Of a stretch of DNA of 64,000 nucleotides, positions 1-8,027 are shown one piece after another. The number at the start of each line of letters is the position of its first letter. Within the stretch, counting starts at the first letter, position 1. The notes beneath the pieces were generated by a model that ran no database searches, was not told the origin of the DNA, and saw nothing but the letters and a program-made list of their open reading frames with translations. The position numbers and the translations under genes are program-made. The stretch is from an uncultured Actinomycetes bacterium (lineage in GTDB: Bacteria; Actinomycetota; JAICYB01). The stretch covers positions 20,661 through 84,660 of the forward strand of contig CAZFOB010000005.1 in assembly GCA_964520325.1 (NCBI GenBank). The letters are read 5' to 3'.

Positions 1-313
1 CCTCGAGCGGGTGGTCGGGGGCGCGGCCAACAGCCACCGTTCCGGCGTTGTTCACGAGCACGTCCAACCGTGCGAAGTCGGTGAACACGTCATCGACCAC
101 CTTGGTCACGGCATCCATGTCGCCGACGTCGGTGGCATACGCCTTGGCGTTACCGCCGAGCTCCTTGGCAACGGCGGCGTTGCGCTCCTCGTTGCGCGAC
201 GCGATCGCGACCAGGGCGCCGTGCTCCGCGAACGCCAAAGCGATCGCACGTCCGATCCCGGAGTTGCCCCCCGTGACGAGGGCGACCTTGCCGTCAAGCG
301 AGAAGTCGGGCAT
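1..313 (-). CDS. Short-chain dehydrogenase/reductase (SDR), N-terminal part; gene runs off the left edge
   Basis: Not in the ORF track because it is open at the window edge. Reverse translation from ATG (311-313) gives MPDFSLDGKVALVTGGNSGIGRAIALAFAEHGALVAIASR...LDVLVNNAGT. It has the TGxxxGIG Rossmann loop and NNAG motif of classical SDRs, with GC-rich third codon positions. Confidence 0.85.
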   Translation of the reverse strand, partial: MPDFSLDGKVALVTGGNSGIGRAIALAFAEHGALVAIASRNEERNAAVAKELGGNAKAYATDVGDMDAVTKVVDDVFTDFARLDVLVNNAGTVAVGRAPDHPLE

Positions 314-368
314 GGCGATGAGCTTCGCAGGGTCGCCGGGCCCGCGTCACGTCGGCCATAGTCGTGAG

Positions 369-1292
369 GTGAATATCGAGGTCATCCACGAGGTCGATCC
401 GAGCCAGCTCGACGCGCTCACGTCGTTCTTCGACGAGGTCCGCCGGCACGACCACCACGCTGCGCTCGGTGAGCACAAGTGGCTCGACCTCGTCCACGGG
501 GGCAAGGCCGGCTTCGCCGGTCTGCTCGCCACCGAACCCGAGCACGACCCATCTGGGGAGGTGTGGCCGATCGGCTACGCGCAGCTCTCCCGCCACCACG
601 ACCCAGAGCAAGCGCAGTGGGGCCTCGAGATCGTCGTCCATCCCGAGCATCGCGGTGTCGGTGTAGAGCTCGACCTCGTGCGCGGCGCGCTCGATGTCGT
701 GAAGGACGCGGGCGGGGGGCACCTGCACCTGTGGGTGTTCCAGCCCACCGAGATCCACGACGCCGTTGCGCACGGCCTCGGCATGCAGCGTGGACGCGAC
801 CTGCTCCACATGCGCATCCCTTTGCCGGTGCAGACCACGCCGAAGCTTCCGGACGGCGTCCAGATCCGAGCCTTCGAACCGGAACACGACGTTGATGCGT
901 GGCTCGACCTGAACAACCGCGCGTTCCAGCACCACCCGGAGCAGGGCGCGTGGGATCGCGAAACGATACAGCGCCGGATGAAGGAGCCGTGGTTCGATGC
1001 GCAGGATCTGCTGCTCGCCGTCGAGGGGTCGGCCCTCGTCGGGTCGAACTGGACGAAGCTCGATCGCGAGCACGGCGTCGGTGAGATCTATGTCATCGCC
1101 GTGGACCCGTCCCGCCACGGGTCGGGTCTCGGGAAAGCGCTGTCGGTGGCGGGCCTGCGTCACATGGCAGATCGCGGCATGCGTGAGGGCAGCCTCTACG
1201 TCGATGCCGCCAACGACGCGGCCCTCTCGATGTACCGCGGGATCGGCTTCACGGTGCAGCACCTCGACCGAGCGTACGTGACCGACGTCTAG
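369..1292 (+). CDS. mshD: Mycothiol synthase (mycothiol acetyltransferase), two tandem GNAT domains
   Basis: About 307 aa with two GNAT-like halves (..LEIVVHPEHRGVGV.. and ..IYVIAVDPSRHGSGLGKAL..SMYRGIGF..), matching MshD length and architecture. The first ~100 aa of the 414-aa track ORF are antisense to the SDR gene and are rejected. GTG 369 is chosen as start; ATG 312/318 remain possible. Confidence 0.7.
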   Translation: MNIEVIHEVDPSQLDALTSFFDEVRRHDHHAALGEHKWLDLVHGGKAGFAGLLATEPEHDPSGEVWPIGYAQLSRHHDPEQAQWGLEIVVHPEHRGVGVELDLVRGALDVVKDAGGGHLHLWVFQPTEIHDAVAHGLGMQRGRDLLHMRIPLPVQTTPKLPDGVQIRAFEPEHDVDAWLDLNNRAFQHHPEQGAWDRETIQRRMKEPWFDAQDLLLAVEGSALVGSNWTKLDREHGVGEIYVIAVDPSRHGSGLGKALSVAGLRHMADRGMREGSLYVDAANDAALSMYRGIGFTVQHLDRAYVTDV

Positions 1293-1319
1293 GTCTAGTC
1301 TAGGTTCTGGCCTTATCGC

Positions 1320-1345
1320 GTCCAGGTTGCAAGAACGAGCTGGAC
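1320..1345. promoter_or_regulatory. Candidate operator upstream of the NicO-like gene: GTCCAG-N14-CTGGAC enclosing a TTGCAA hexamer
   Basis: Perfect 6-bp inverted arms at 1320-1325 and 1340-1345, with TTGCAA at 1327-1332, 17 nt before ATG 1362. TTGCAA is the half-site I recall for the Fur-family nickel regulator Nur. Only one half-site is present. Confidence 0.3.
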
Positions 1346-1361
1346 CCGCTATCAAGTACTC

Positions 1362-2147
1362 ATGGACGGTGCCTTCAGTCTCACGCTGGTCGTGTCGGCG
1401 TTCGCCTTCGGGTTCCGTCACGGTCTTGACTGGGACCACATCGCGGCCATCACCGACATCACGTCGTCCCAAGGGTCGGTGCGCACGGGCCTGCGGTTCG
1501 CGACGCTGTACGCGGGGGGCCACGCGATCGTCGTCTTCCTGATCGGCATCGTCGCGATCGTTGCCGGCGAAAGCCTGCCCGACTCGATCGATGCCGCCAT
1601 GGGCCGCGTCGTCGGGTTCACGCTCGTGGCGCTCGGGATCTACGTGATCTATTCACTCATCCGCTACCGGGGCGATTTCCGGCTCCGGAGCCGATGGATG
1701 CTGATGTTCGCAGGCGGCCGCTCGGCCTTCCGCTGGGTGCGCGAACGCGTCGGCGCGGGCGATCGGGTACTCGTCGGCGCCGAAGCGCACACGCATCAGC
1801 ACGCACACGCCGATCCCTTCGTGAACTACGGCACCGGTACTTCGGTCGCCGTCGGAGCGTTGCACGGCGTCGGCGCCGAAACGCCGACGCAGGTGCTCAT
1901 CTTTCTCGCGGCGGCCGGAGCGGGCGGAACCTCGGCCGGCATCGCGACGCTCCTCGTGTTTCTGCTCGGGCTGTTCACGGCGAACTCGATGCTCGCCGTT
2001 GCGAGCGCATCGGGGTTCCTCGCCGCGACGAAGCGCTTCACCATCTACGCAACCGTGTCCGTCGTCACCGCGGTCGCGAGCCTTGTGCTCGGCGTCTCTT
2101 ACCTCACCGGCAACCACGCCTGGATCCCGGCGCTCTTCGGCGGCTAA
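1362..2147 (+). CDS. NicO/RcnA-like nickel/cobalt transporter family membrane protein
   Basis: Polytopic protein carrying RHGLDWDHIAAITD (HX4DH NiCoT/NicO signature) and a His-rich loop AEAHTHQHAHAD like RcnA-type exporters. Confidence 0.75.
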   Translation: MDGAFSLTLVVSAFAFGFRHGLDWDHIAAITDITSSQGSVRTGLRFATLYAGGHAIVVFLIGIVAIVAGESLPDSIDAAMGRVVGFTLVALGIYVIYSLIRYRGDFRLRSRWMLMFAGGRSAFRWVRERVGAGDRVLVGAEAHTHQHAHADPFVNYGTGTSVAVGALHGVGAETPTQVLIFLAAAGAGGTSAGIATLLVFLLGLFTANSMLAVASASGFLAATKRFTIYATVSVVTAVASLVLGVSYLTGNHAWIPALFGG

Positions 2148-2584
2148 CGAGTTCTGGGCCGGCACCGCTTACAGACACCGACGATCGCGAAATGCCTGCG
2201 GTCGACCTCGAACCCGTAGTCGCGCTCGAGCGCTGCTACGAACGACTTGAGCGTCGACGCGGGGAGCTCCTCCACGCGCTCGCACCGCTCGCAGTACAGA
2301 TGCTGGTGGTCCTCGTGGGCCAGGTGATAGACGGCGCGACCGTGGCCGAGGTGCACGTGGTCGACGATGCCGAGCTCTTCGAGGAGCTCGAGGGTCCGGT
2401 ACACCGTCGAGATGTTCACGGACGGGTAGCGGGACTGGACGTCGGCCGCGACCTCGTCGGCCGTGAGATGGCCCTTGGCTCTCACGAGACGTTCGACGAT
2501 CGCGTACCGCGCCGTCGTCCGCCTGCCACCGGCCGCCGCCAGTCGTTGGACGATCTCCTCGACCCTCGCGCTTATTGCAGTCAT
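2144..2584 (-). CDS. Fur-family metalloregulator (Fur/Zur/Nur type)
   Basis: 146 aa with a winged-helix N-terminus (..RYAIVERLVRAKGHLTADEV..STVYRTLELLEELGIV), the metal-site block HLGHGRAVYHLAHEDHQHLYCERCERV, and a second CxxC (CKRC). Its 3' end overlaps the convergent NicO-like gene by 4 nt. Confidence 0.85.
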   Translation of the reverse strand: MTAISARVEEIVQRLAAAGGRRTTARYAIVERLVRAKGHLTADEVAADVQSRYPSVNISTVYRTLELLEELGIVDHVHLGHGRAVYHLAHEDHQHLYCERCERVEELPASTLKSFVAALERDYGFEVDRRHFAIVGVCKRCRPRTR

Positions 2585-2613
2585 CTGCTCTTGCGAGAGT
2601 ATCGCGATAGGGC

Positions 2614-3348
2614 CTACGGCTTACGGCGCCTGGGCTGCGACTTTCGCTTCCGGCGCTTCTTGCGCCGTCCGGACCTGCGTCCCCAGAGGTATCCGCCGAC
2701 CCCGAAGACCACTCCAGCTGCACCCGCCGCGTACGGGAGCCAGGTGCGTCCGCGGTGCGGACGACCCGCGGCCGCGAAGGTGCCGAGGTTGTCGCTCGAA
2801 GCAAAGAGCTGGAGACTCGCTTCCGAGAGCTGCGTCACGACCTTTCGCCAGTCGTCGCCGTCGCGGCGCACGACCGTGGATCCGTAGACCGGGTAGCGGA
2901 TGACGACCGTCATGGCGTCCACGAGCTCGGCTGCATCCTTCGACTTCGCGTATCGCGCCCGCACCTGATACGCGTTGCCGTCGATGATCGAACCATCGCC
3001 GAGCTCGTGCGGCTGTGGCGGGACGAGTGGGACGATGTCGATCTGGATCGTCAACTCCGCCTTGCGTGCTTCAAACGCATCCTTCGGGAACACCACCTGC
3101 AACTGCCCGTCACCGGTTGAGATGGTCTGTGGCGACGATCCCGCCTTCGTTACGACGATCTTCCCGCTCCCCACCGCGGGCGGTTCGTTGTCGTCGGCGA
3201 GATCGTCCGGCGGGTCGAGGTAGCGATACGCCGCAGGCGGCGCAAGTCCGTCGTACAGGACGCGGGGCGCGCCCGGCAGATGCAAGAGCATCGCCGCTGC
3301 GATGTACGCGACGATGACGACGCCGCCGGAGACCATCCGCGATCTCAT
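2614..3348 (-). CDS. Hypothetical bitopic protein (N- and C-terminal TM helices, polybasic tail)
   Basis: Start chosen at MRSRMVSGGVVIVAYIAAAMLL (ATG 3346-3348), 7 nt after the upstream stop. A C-terminal TM segment (AAGAAGVVFGVGGYLWG) is followed by RRSGRRKKRRKRKSQPRRRKP. I recognise no family. Confidence 0.55.
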   Translation of the reverse strand: MRSRMVSGGVVIVAYIAAAMLLHLPGAPRVLYDGLAPPAAYRYLDPPDDLADDNEPPAVGSGKIVVTKAGSSPQTISTGDGQLQVVFPKDAFEARKAELTIQIDIVPLVPPQPHELGDGSIIDGNAYQVRARYAKSKDAAELVDAMTVVIRYPVYGSTVVRRDGDDWRKVVTQLSEASLQLFASSDNLGTFAAAGRPHRGRTWLPYAAGAAGVVFGVGGYLWGRRSGRRKKRRKRKSQPRRRKP

Positions 3349-3355
3349 GCCGATC

Positions 3356-4579
3356 TCAGTTGGGAGCCACGATCGCGTGGGTGGCAAGCTCGGGCGGCCA
3401 GACAACCGCCTTCTGACGAGGCGCGACCCACTCCCAGATCACGTGCGTCGCGCGCCGGTTGTTGCCGGCATCGGATCCGGACGTCCCGAACCTCAAGCCG
3501 CCGCCGTCCGGAAGCCCGCCGCGCGGCACATCGACCTTGCGCGCAGCCGCAGCGACGGCGTGCGCGGTCGCGCTTGATGCCGCCGGGAGCACGTGCCTGA
3601 ACAGTCCGAGCGCTCCAGAGAAGCCGGTGAGCACCGGCGCGCTGAACTCGGTCTTGAAGCGCTCCTTGTAGACCGGACGCGCCCATCGCAACGCTTCGGC
3701 CGCCTCGGGGCTCAGCTGCTCGAGATCGGGGACGGTGCCGTCCGGCTTGTCGGATGCGAAGAGTCCGACGGCGTCGTCACCCAAGGCTCCCCCGAAAGAC
3801 GTCATGCAATAGCTGGATGACGTCCCGATGTTGGCTTTCAATGCAACATCCCGCTTCACGATCTGTTTGCGCAGCTTCACACCGTCCTCGAGGTAGGCAG
3901 CAACGACGAGAACATCGGTCTTCGCGTCGGCGATGCGCCGCGCCAGCTCTGCGTAGTCGGCCGTGGCTACGACGTAGGGAAGCTCCTCGGCAAGCGTGAG
4001 TCCTCTGTCGCGTATCTCTTCGAGCGCCCCGCCACCGACGGAACGTCCGTAGACATCGTCTGCGTATGCAACGGTGTAGCGCAGGTCATCGCCGAGCTCG
4101 AGCCGATCATGTACGAAGGCCACGGCTTGGCGTCCGAGGTACTGGCCCGCGTTCGGGTACCGGAAGACGGGCTGCGTCCCATCTGCAACGCCTAGCTCCA
4201 TCCCGAGCTCGCCGACGGCGCCGGTCTCCCAGAACACGAGACCGCGCCGCACCGCCGCCTTCGCCGCGGGCTGACTGATCGTGCTCCCGTAACTCCCGAG
4301 GACAACCTCGACACCGTCGTCGGCCAGCCTGTCGACGGCGTCCGGCGCTTGTTCGCGGCGCTCGGTCTTCTCGAGCTTCAGCCGGACCGGACGTCCGCGG
4401 ACGCCACCTCGCATGTTTGCGAACTCGGCAGCGAGCTCGACGCCGCGCCACTCCTCGATCCCCCCATGGCCTTGCGCACCGCCGGTGGGATACACAGCTC
4501 CGACGACGAACGCCCGCTCACCAACGGCACAGGCCGGCGCGACAAGGGCTAGGCACAGAGCGACGACGACGCGACGCAT
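3356..4579 (-). CDS. ABC-transporter substrate-binding protein, Leu/Ile/Val-binding (type 1 PBP) family; orphan, no cognate permease adjacent
   Basis: Start is MRRVVVALCLALVAPACAV (signal or lipoprotein-like). The body shows ..VVGAVYPTGGAQGHGG..VRLKLEKTE..VVLGSYGST..AAVRRGLVFWETGA.., typical of Peripla_BP_6-like proteins. The upstream 121 aa of the track ORF are rejected. The start shares 1 nt with the CPBP stop (TGATG). Confidence 0.8.
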   Translation of the reverse strand: MRRVVVALCLALVAPACAVGERAFVVGAVYPTGGAQGHGGIEEWRGVELAAEFANMRGGVRGRPVRLKLEKTERREQAPDAVDRLADDGVEVVLGSYGSTISQPAAKAAVRRGLVFWETGAVGELGMELGVADGTQPVFRYPNAGQYLGRQAVAFVHDRLELGDDLRYTVAYADDVYGRSVGGGALEEIRDRGLTLAEELPYVVATADYAELARRIADAKTDVLVVAAYLEDGVKLRKQIVKRDVALKANIGTSSSYCMTSFGGALGDDAVGLFASDKPDGTVPDLEQLSPEAAEALRWARPVYKERFKTEFSAPVLTGFSGALGLFRHVLPAASSATAHAVAAAARKVDVPRGGLPDGGGLRFGTSGSDAGNNRRATHVIWEWVAPRQKAVVWPPELATHAIVAPN

Positions 4580-5079
4580 CACAACGTCGCCATCAGGTTC
4601 GCGGATACGTGCGTGGCAGCGGCAGAGGTCCATCCTCCGGTGACCCAACGCTGCCAGCCGAAGAGCAGACCGGCTGCGACGTCCAGCGGGACGACAGACC
4701 ATCCGTACATAGGAGCGTGAACGAGCCCGAACAGCAACGCTGCAACGCAGACCGCGACCGCCGGACCCCACCGTGCGAGCCATCCGTACAACGCGTGGCG
4801 GAACAGCAGCTCCTCGCCGACTGCGGCGACGACGGTTGCCAGAAGCGCGAGAGTCGTCGCGTGGATCGGTCTGGGCGCAGCCGGGAGCGCGAGCCGAACC
4901 GCGGCGAAAGCGCCAACACCGGCCCCCGTGACGACCAGCCATCGCATCGTGCCTGCGTGCGCCTGCACGCGGGGGGTCACGGCCAGCGCGGTCGCTCCTG
5001 CCAGCGCGGGCACTACGAAGGAGTACGGACCCACAGCTCTGAGCGCGAGCGCCACGAGAAACAACGCGATGGCGATCAT
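4579..5079 (-). CDS. CPBP-family intramembrane glutamic endopeptidase (CAAX protease/Abi family)
   Basis: Membrane protein with the three family motifs: GEELLFR (EExxxR), LFGLVHAP (FxxxH) and THVSAN (HxxxN). Confidence 0.8.
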   Translation of the reverse strand: MIAIALFLVALALRAVGPYSFVVPALAGATALAVTPRVQAHAGTMRWLVVTGAGVGAFAAVRLALPAAPRPIHATTLALLATVVAAVGEELLFRHALYGWLARWGPAVAVCVAALLFGLVHAPMYGWSVVPLDVAAGLLFGWQRWVTGGWTSAAATHVSANLMATL

Positions 5080-5483
5080 CCGACCTCGAACGGGACGCTC
5101 GCGAGCACGCGCGGGTTGAAGGGTCCGTGGTCCTTCGCGACGAACTCGGCGGTGAGCAGGTGCGTGCCCCTCTTCTTCGGAACCGCCAGCTTGTCGTTGA
5201 GACCGAAGGTCTGACTCTGGATCTTGCCGTCGATGAGTACGTGGACGTGCCCCTCAGTCGGCGTGAGGTCCCGGCTCACCTGGTCCACGATCTTCCCGCC
5301 GTCGAGCTTGATGCCGACTTCAAACGTCTTGCCGGTCACGAGCTCGCCCGCGTCGGGCTCCCCGATCGCGATCGAGGCCGACGATCGTGGCCGCTCGTCG
5401 GCTACCGGTACGTCGCTCTCGGCACATGCAGACAGAGACAGGAGGAACAGGACCGGCAAGAACACTCGAACAACTCGCATCAT
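5076..5483 (-). CDS. Lipoprotein, DUF4399-like (GHxHxxxD motif)
   Basis: Lipobox LSLSAC, and EGHVHVLIDGK resembling the DUF4399 His motif as I recall it. ATG 5483 forms an ATGA overlap with the CopCD stop, and GAGGAGG lies upstream. Confidence 0.55.
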   Translation of the reverse strand: MMRVVRVFLPVLFLLSLSACAESDVPVADERPRSSASIAIGEPDAGELVTGKTFEVGIKLDGGKIVDQVSRDLTPTEGHVHVLIDGKIQSQTFGLNDKLAVPKKRGTHLLTAEFVAKDHGPFNPRVLASVPFEVG

Positions 5484-7399
5484 CTGATCACCTCCTCGAA
5501 GCATGTACTCATACGATCACCATCCTTTGTATCGCCGGCCTTGGCATCGCCGGCGAAATCGAACAGCCACTCACCGGCTCGGAGCCTTCCGCCGGCAACG
5601 AAGTGCCCGGCCGTCAAGCGCTCGACATCGAGATCGACGACTCGCTCGCCGAGCTGGCCATCGATCCGCGCGTCCTTGGACATCGGGAACTCGACACCTT
5701 CTGCGTCGAAGAACGTGAAGTGCACCTCGTTGTGTCCCTCGCGCGCGGGGTCGACGTACATCTGCACCGTGCGTCCCCCGCCGATCTCGACGGTGTGCAG
5801 AAGCAGATCCCCCGCGACGGTCGTCGTCGGCGCCGGACAACGCGTGTGGAAGACGAGCGGGATCTCGACCGAGTCGGCTCCCCGGTCGATGAGCAGCACG
5901 GCTCGCCAGCGTCCGGGCGTCGCGATCGCACTCCCGCGCGTCTGGTACACATCACCGTCGCGCTCGAGCTCGATCGTCGTGGGTTCGACCTCGCCGTCCA
6001 GCGGCGAGAGCCTGATCCGGACTCGCTTCACCGACGACCCGCGCCGCACATCGACTTCCACGGTGAACGTGTTGACACCGGCCTGGCTCGGCGAGATCTC
6101 GAGGGTGGCCTCGACCGAGCGCGCGAAGTCGGAGCCTTCCACCACGACACTTCTGCGTTCGACCGCGAGCGACTTCGACGGCACGAGACTCGCCAGCAGT
6201 CCGGCGAGCACGAGCACCGCAAGCATCACCGTGAGCTCCACACGCGCCGCCCGTCGCAGGCGCGACGGATCGGCTTCGACTGCGCGGACGCTGCGATAGC
6301 GTTGGTAGGCACCGATGGCAGCAAGCACGCCGATGCCGGCGAGCTTGCCGAGCACGGCGCGCCCGTATCCGGTCGAGAGCAGCGCACCCCACGAGCCGAC
6401 CTCCTGCATGGCGCGGGCCGTTCCCGTGGCCGCGACGACGAGGAGCGCGAAGCCCGCGACGTTCGAGTACCGCCGCACGGTCACTACTCGCGTCTGCGGA
6501 TCGACCCCCTTGATCGCAACGAGCAGCGCGCACAGTCCACCGACCCAGATCCCGGCGGCGGCGAAGTGCACGAAGTGCGTGGCGACGCGGAGCCACACGA
6601 TGCCCCCGGCCGCCGCATGGCCGGCCGTGCCGTGCAGGAACATCGTGGCGCCTGCCGCCGCGGCGGTGAGGTCCCACGCGAAGCGCTTCGATGTCACAAC
6701 GGCGGTCACGACGGCGGCCCCCGCGACAACGAGCCCGACCGTGCGGCCGGCGAGCGCCCGTCCGATCGGCGTCAAGAACAGCTCGGAGAACGCCACGCCG
6801 GCCGACGCCCTCTGTGCGAACGCCAGCACCAAGAGTCCGGCGAACGAAAGGGCGACACCCAAGAATGCGAGCCCCGTTGCGCGCGACGCCGGCGCCCTGA
6901 TCAAGAACCCGAACACCACGGCCGCACCGAGAAGCACCATCAACCCGATGTAGAGCAGCACGCGACCGGCCACTTCCCCCGGGACGACGACCGTGGCCAA
7001 CGCCACCGGGAGCTCGGCGTCCTCGATCTCCGAAGGCGACACGCCGACCCCGAATGCGTACGCACCAACGGTGAGGTGACCGTCCACGCGCGAGACGACC
7101 TTCCAGCTCACGGTGTAGACGCCCTTGTCCAGAGGCTCGACGGCGATACGCAGACCCCCGGCGACCGACGTCGCGTCCCCCTTGGTGTGTCGCGCGCCCA
7201 AGGTGTCGAGGACGTCGATGCTTGACAGCTTCGCGTCGGGCGCCTCGGTGAACGTCAGGGTAACGGCCGAGGGCGGCGAGCCGAGGCTCGCGCCCTCGGC
7301 GGGATCGGCGTCGGCCAACAGCGCGTGTGCGCCGGCGCGCGGCGCTGCAAGCAGCGCCATCGCGCCGGCACACACAACAACCACGAACAGTCGCCTCAC
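5480..7399 (-). CDS. Copper resistance CopC-CopD fusion protein (YcnJ-like) with C-terminal Ig-like/YtkA-like domains
   Basis: The signal peptide ends ..PRAGA|HALLADADPAEGASL..VTLTFTE..VSWKVVSRVDGH (CopC with a mature N-terminal His). This is followed by ~8 TM helices of CopD type and two beta-rich C-terminal domains. Confidence 0.85.
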   Translation of the reverse strand: MRRLFVVVVCAGAMALLAAPRAGAHALLADADPAEGASLGSPPSAVTLTFTEAPDAKLSSIDVLDTLGARHTKGDATSVAGGLRIAVEPLDKGVYTVSWKVVSRVDGHLTVGAYAFGVGVSPSEIEDAELPVALATVVVPGEVAGRVLLYIGLMVLLGAAVVFGFLIRAPASRATGLAFLGVALSFAGLLVLAFAQRASAGVAFSELFLTPIGRALAGRTVGLVVAGAAVVTAVVTSKRFAWDLTAAAAGATMFLHGTAGHAAAGGIVWLRVATHFVHFAAAGIWVGGLCALLVAIKGVDPQTRVVTVRRYSNVAGFALLVVAATGTARAMQEVGSWGALLSTGYGRAVLGKLAGIGVLAAIGAYQRYRSVRAVEADPSRLRRAARVELTVMLAVLVLAGLLASLVPSKSLAVERRSVVVEGSDFARSVEATLEISPSQAGVNTFTVEVDVRRGSSVKRVRIRLSPLDGEVEPTTIELERDGDVYQTRGSAIATPGRWRAVLLIDRGADSVEIPLVFHTRCPAPTTTVAGDLLLHTVEIGGGRTVQMYVDPAREGHNEVHFTFFDAEGVEFPMSKDARIDGQLGERVVDLDVERLTAGHFVAGGRLRAGEWLFDFAGDAKAGDTKDGDRMSTCFEEVIR

Positions 7400-7402
7400 G
7401 AT

Positions 7403-7996
7403 CTAGCCGCTGCGTCTGCGGGTTCCGAGCACGATCGCTGCGGCACCCAGCACGATCCCGACGATGCCGAGAGTGCGCGGCAGGGCCGCAGCAGACCTCG
7501 CGTCCGCGATCTCGCCCTCGAGGGTGACGATGCGGTCGGTGAGCTCCGTCGTCGTCGGTGCCTCCTTGGGGAATGCGATCTCGGAGTTGCCTTGAACCTC
7601 GCTGAAGTCGTCCTTCGGGGAGGTGAAGGATTCGTCCAACTTCTCGCCGTCGATGTCGCCGGTGAAGTGGAAGGTGTAACCGCCCGGAGCCGTCGGGATC
7701 AGATCGGCTCTGTACTCACCGGGCGAGTCGAACACCGTTCGCATCTCCAACGGCTCGGTCTTCGCCTCCCCGAGAGCGACTTCGACCTCGAGCGACTTCT
7801 CGGCTCCTTCGACGGGCTTGCCGTCGCGTTCGATGTTCAGCTGGACGGCGTTCGGCTCGCCGGCGAACGCCGGCTCGCTCGCCCAGCCGACCGTGAAGAC
7901 CAGAGATCCGACGTCGCGGTGACCGTGCGCGAGCGCGGGCGATGCGAACGCACCGACGAACGCACCAACGAACGTGAACAACATCAAACGTTTCAT
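7403..7996 (-). CDS. Secreted, C-terminally membrane-anchored protein with mature N-terminal His; occupies the YcnI position of ycnI-ycnJ type operons
   Basis: Signal peptide ..ASPALA|HGHRDVG, a beta-rich body, and a C-terminal TM segment LGIVGIVLGAAAIVLG followed by RRRSG. It ends 3 nt upstream of the copCD start. I could not confirm the DUF1775 signature by eye. Confidence 0.5.
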   Translation of the reverse strand: MKRLMLFTFVGAFVGAFASPALAHGHRDVGSLVFTVGWASEPAFAGEPNAVQLNIERDGKPVEGAEKSLEVEVALGEAKTEPLEMRTVFDSPGEYRADLIPTAPGGYTFHFTGDIDGEKLDESFTSPKDDFSEVQGNSEIAFPKEAPTTTELTDRIVTLEGEIADARSAAALPRTLGIVGIVLGAAAIVLGTRRRSG

Positions 7997-8027
7997 GGGA
8001 AGACTCCCTTAACTGAGTGAGTAGGTA

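Noticed and set aside
48-368. N-terminal extensions of track ORFs, for example 48-1292 as a 414-aa protein. Similar cases are 3356-4942, 17670-18488, 20227-21618, 23714-25009, 31605-32558, 32530-34689, 35495-37606, 41166-42098, 41927-43339 and 56666-59227.
   Set aside because: The extensions overlap neighbouring genes or run antisense to them, and they are Arg/Pro-rich junk. Homology-like sequence begins at internal ATG/GTG codons that often form ATGA/GTGA overlaps or have an SD. Shorter starts were therefore called.
294-1523. 409-aa ORF on the minus strand, antisense to mshD and to the start of the NicO-like gene
   Set aside because: Arg/Pro/Gly/Ala-rich low-complexity translation with no recognisable motif. 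It lies opposite a gene with clear GNAT architecture, and long antisense ORFs are expected in GC-rich DNA. The same reasoning applies to 5387-7225(+), 5952-7373(-), 9036-10229(+), 12730-14124(-), 14809-15882(+), 36107-38044(-), 41978-43369(-), 46025-47437(-), 48172-49683(+), 51450-52901(+), 57568-59271(+) and 61961-62962(-).
7403-7996. Confident DUF1775/YcnI assignment
   Set aside because: Operon position, a mature N-terminal His and a C-terminal anchor all fit. I could not recognise the DUF1775 sequence signature by eye, so it is reported only as a YcnI-position protein.
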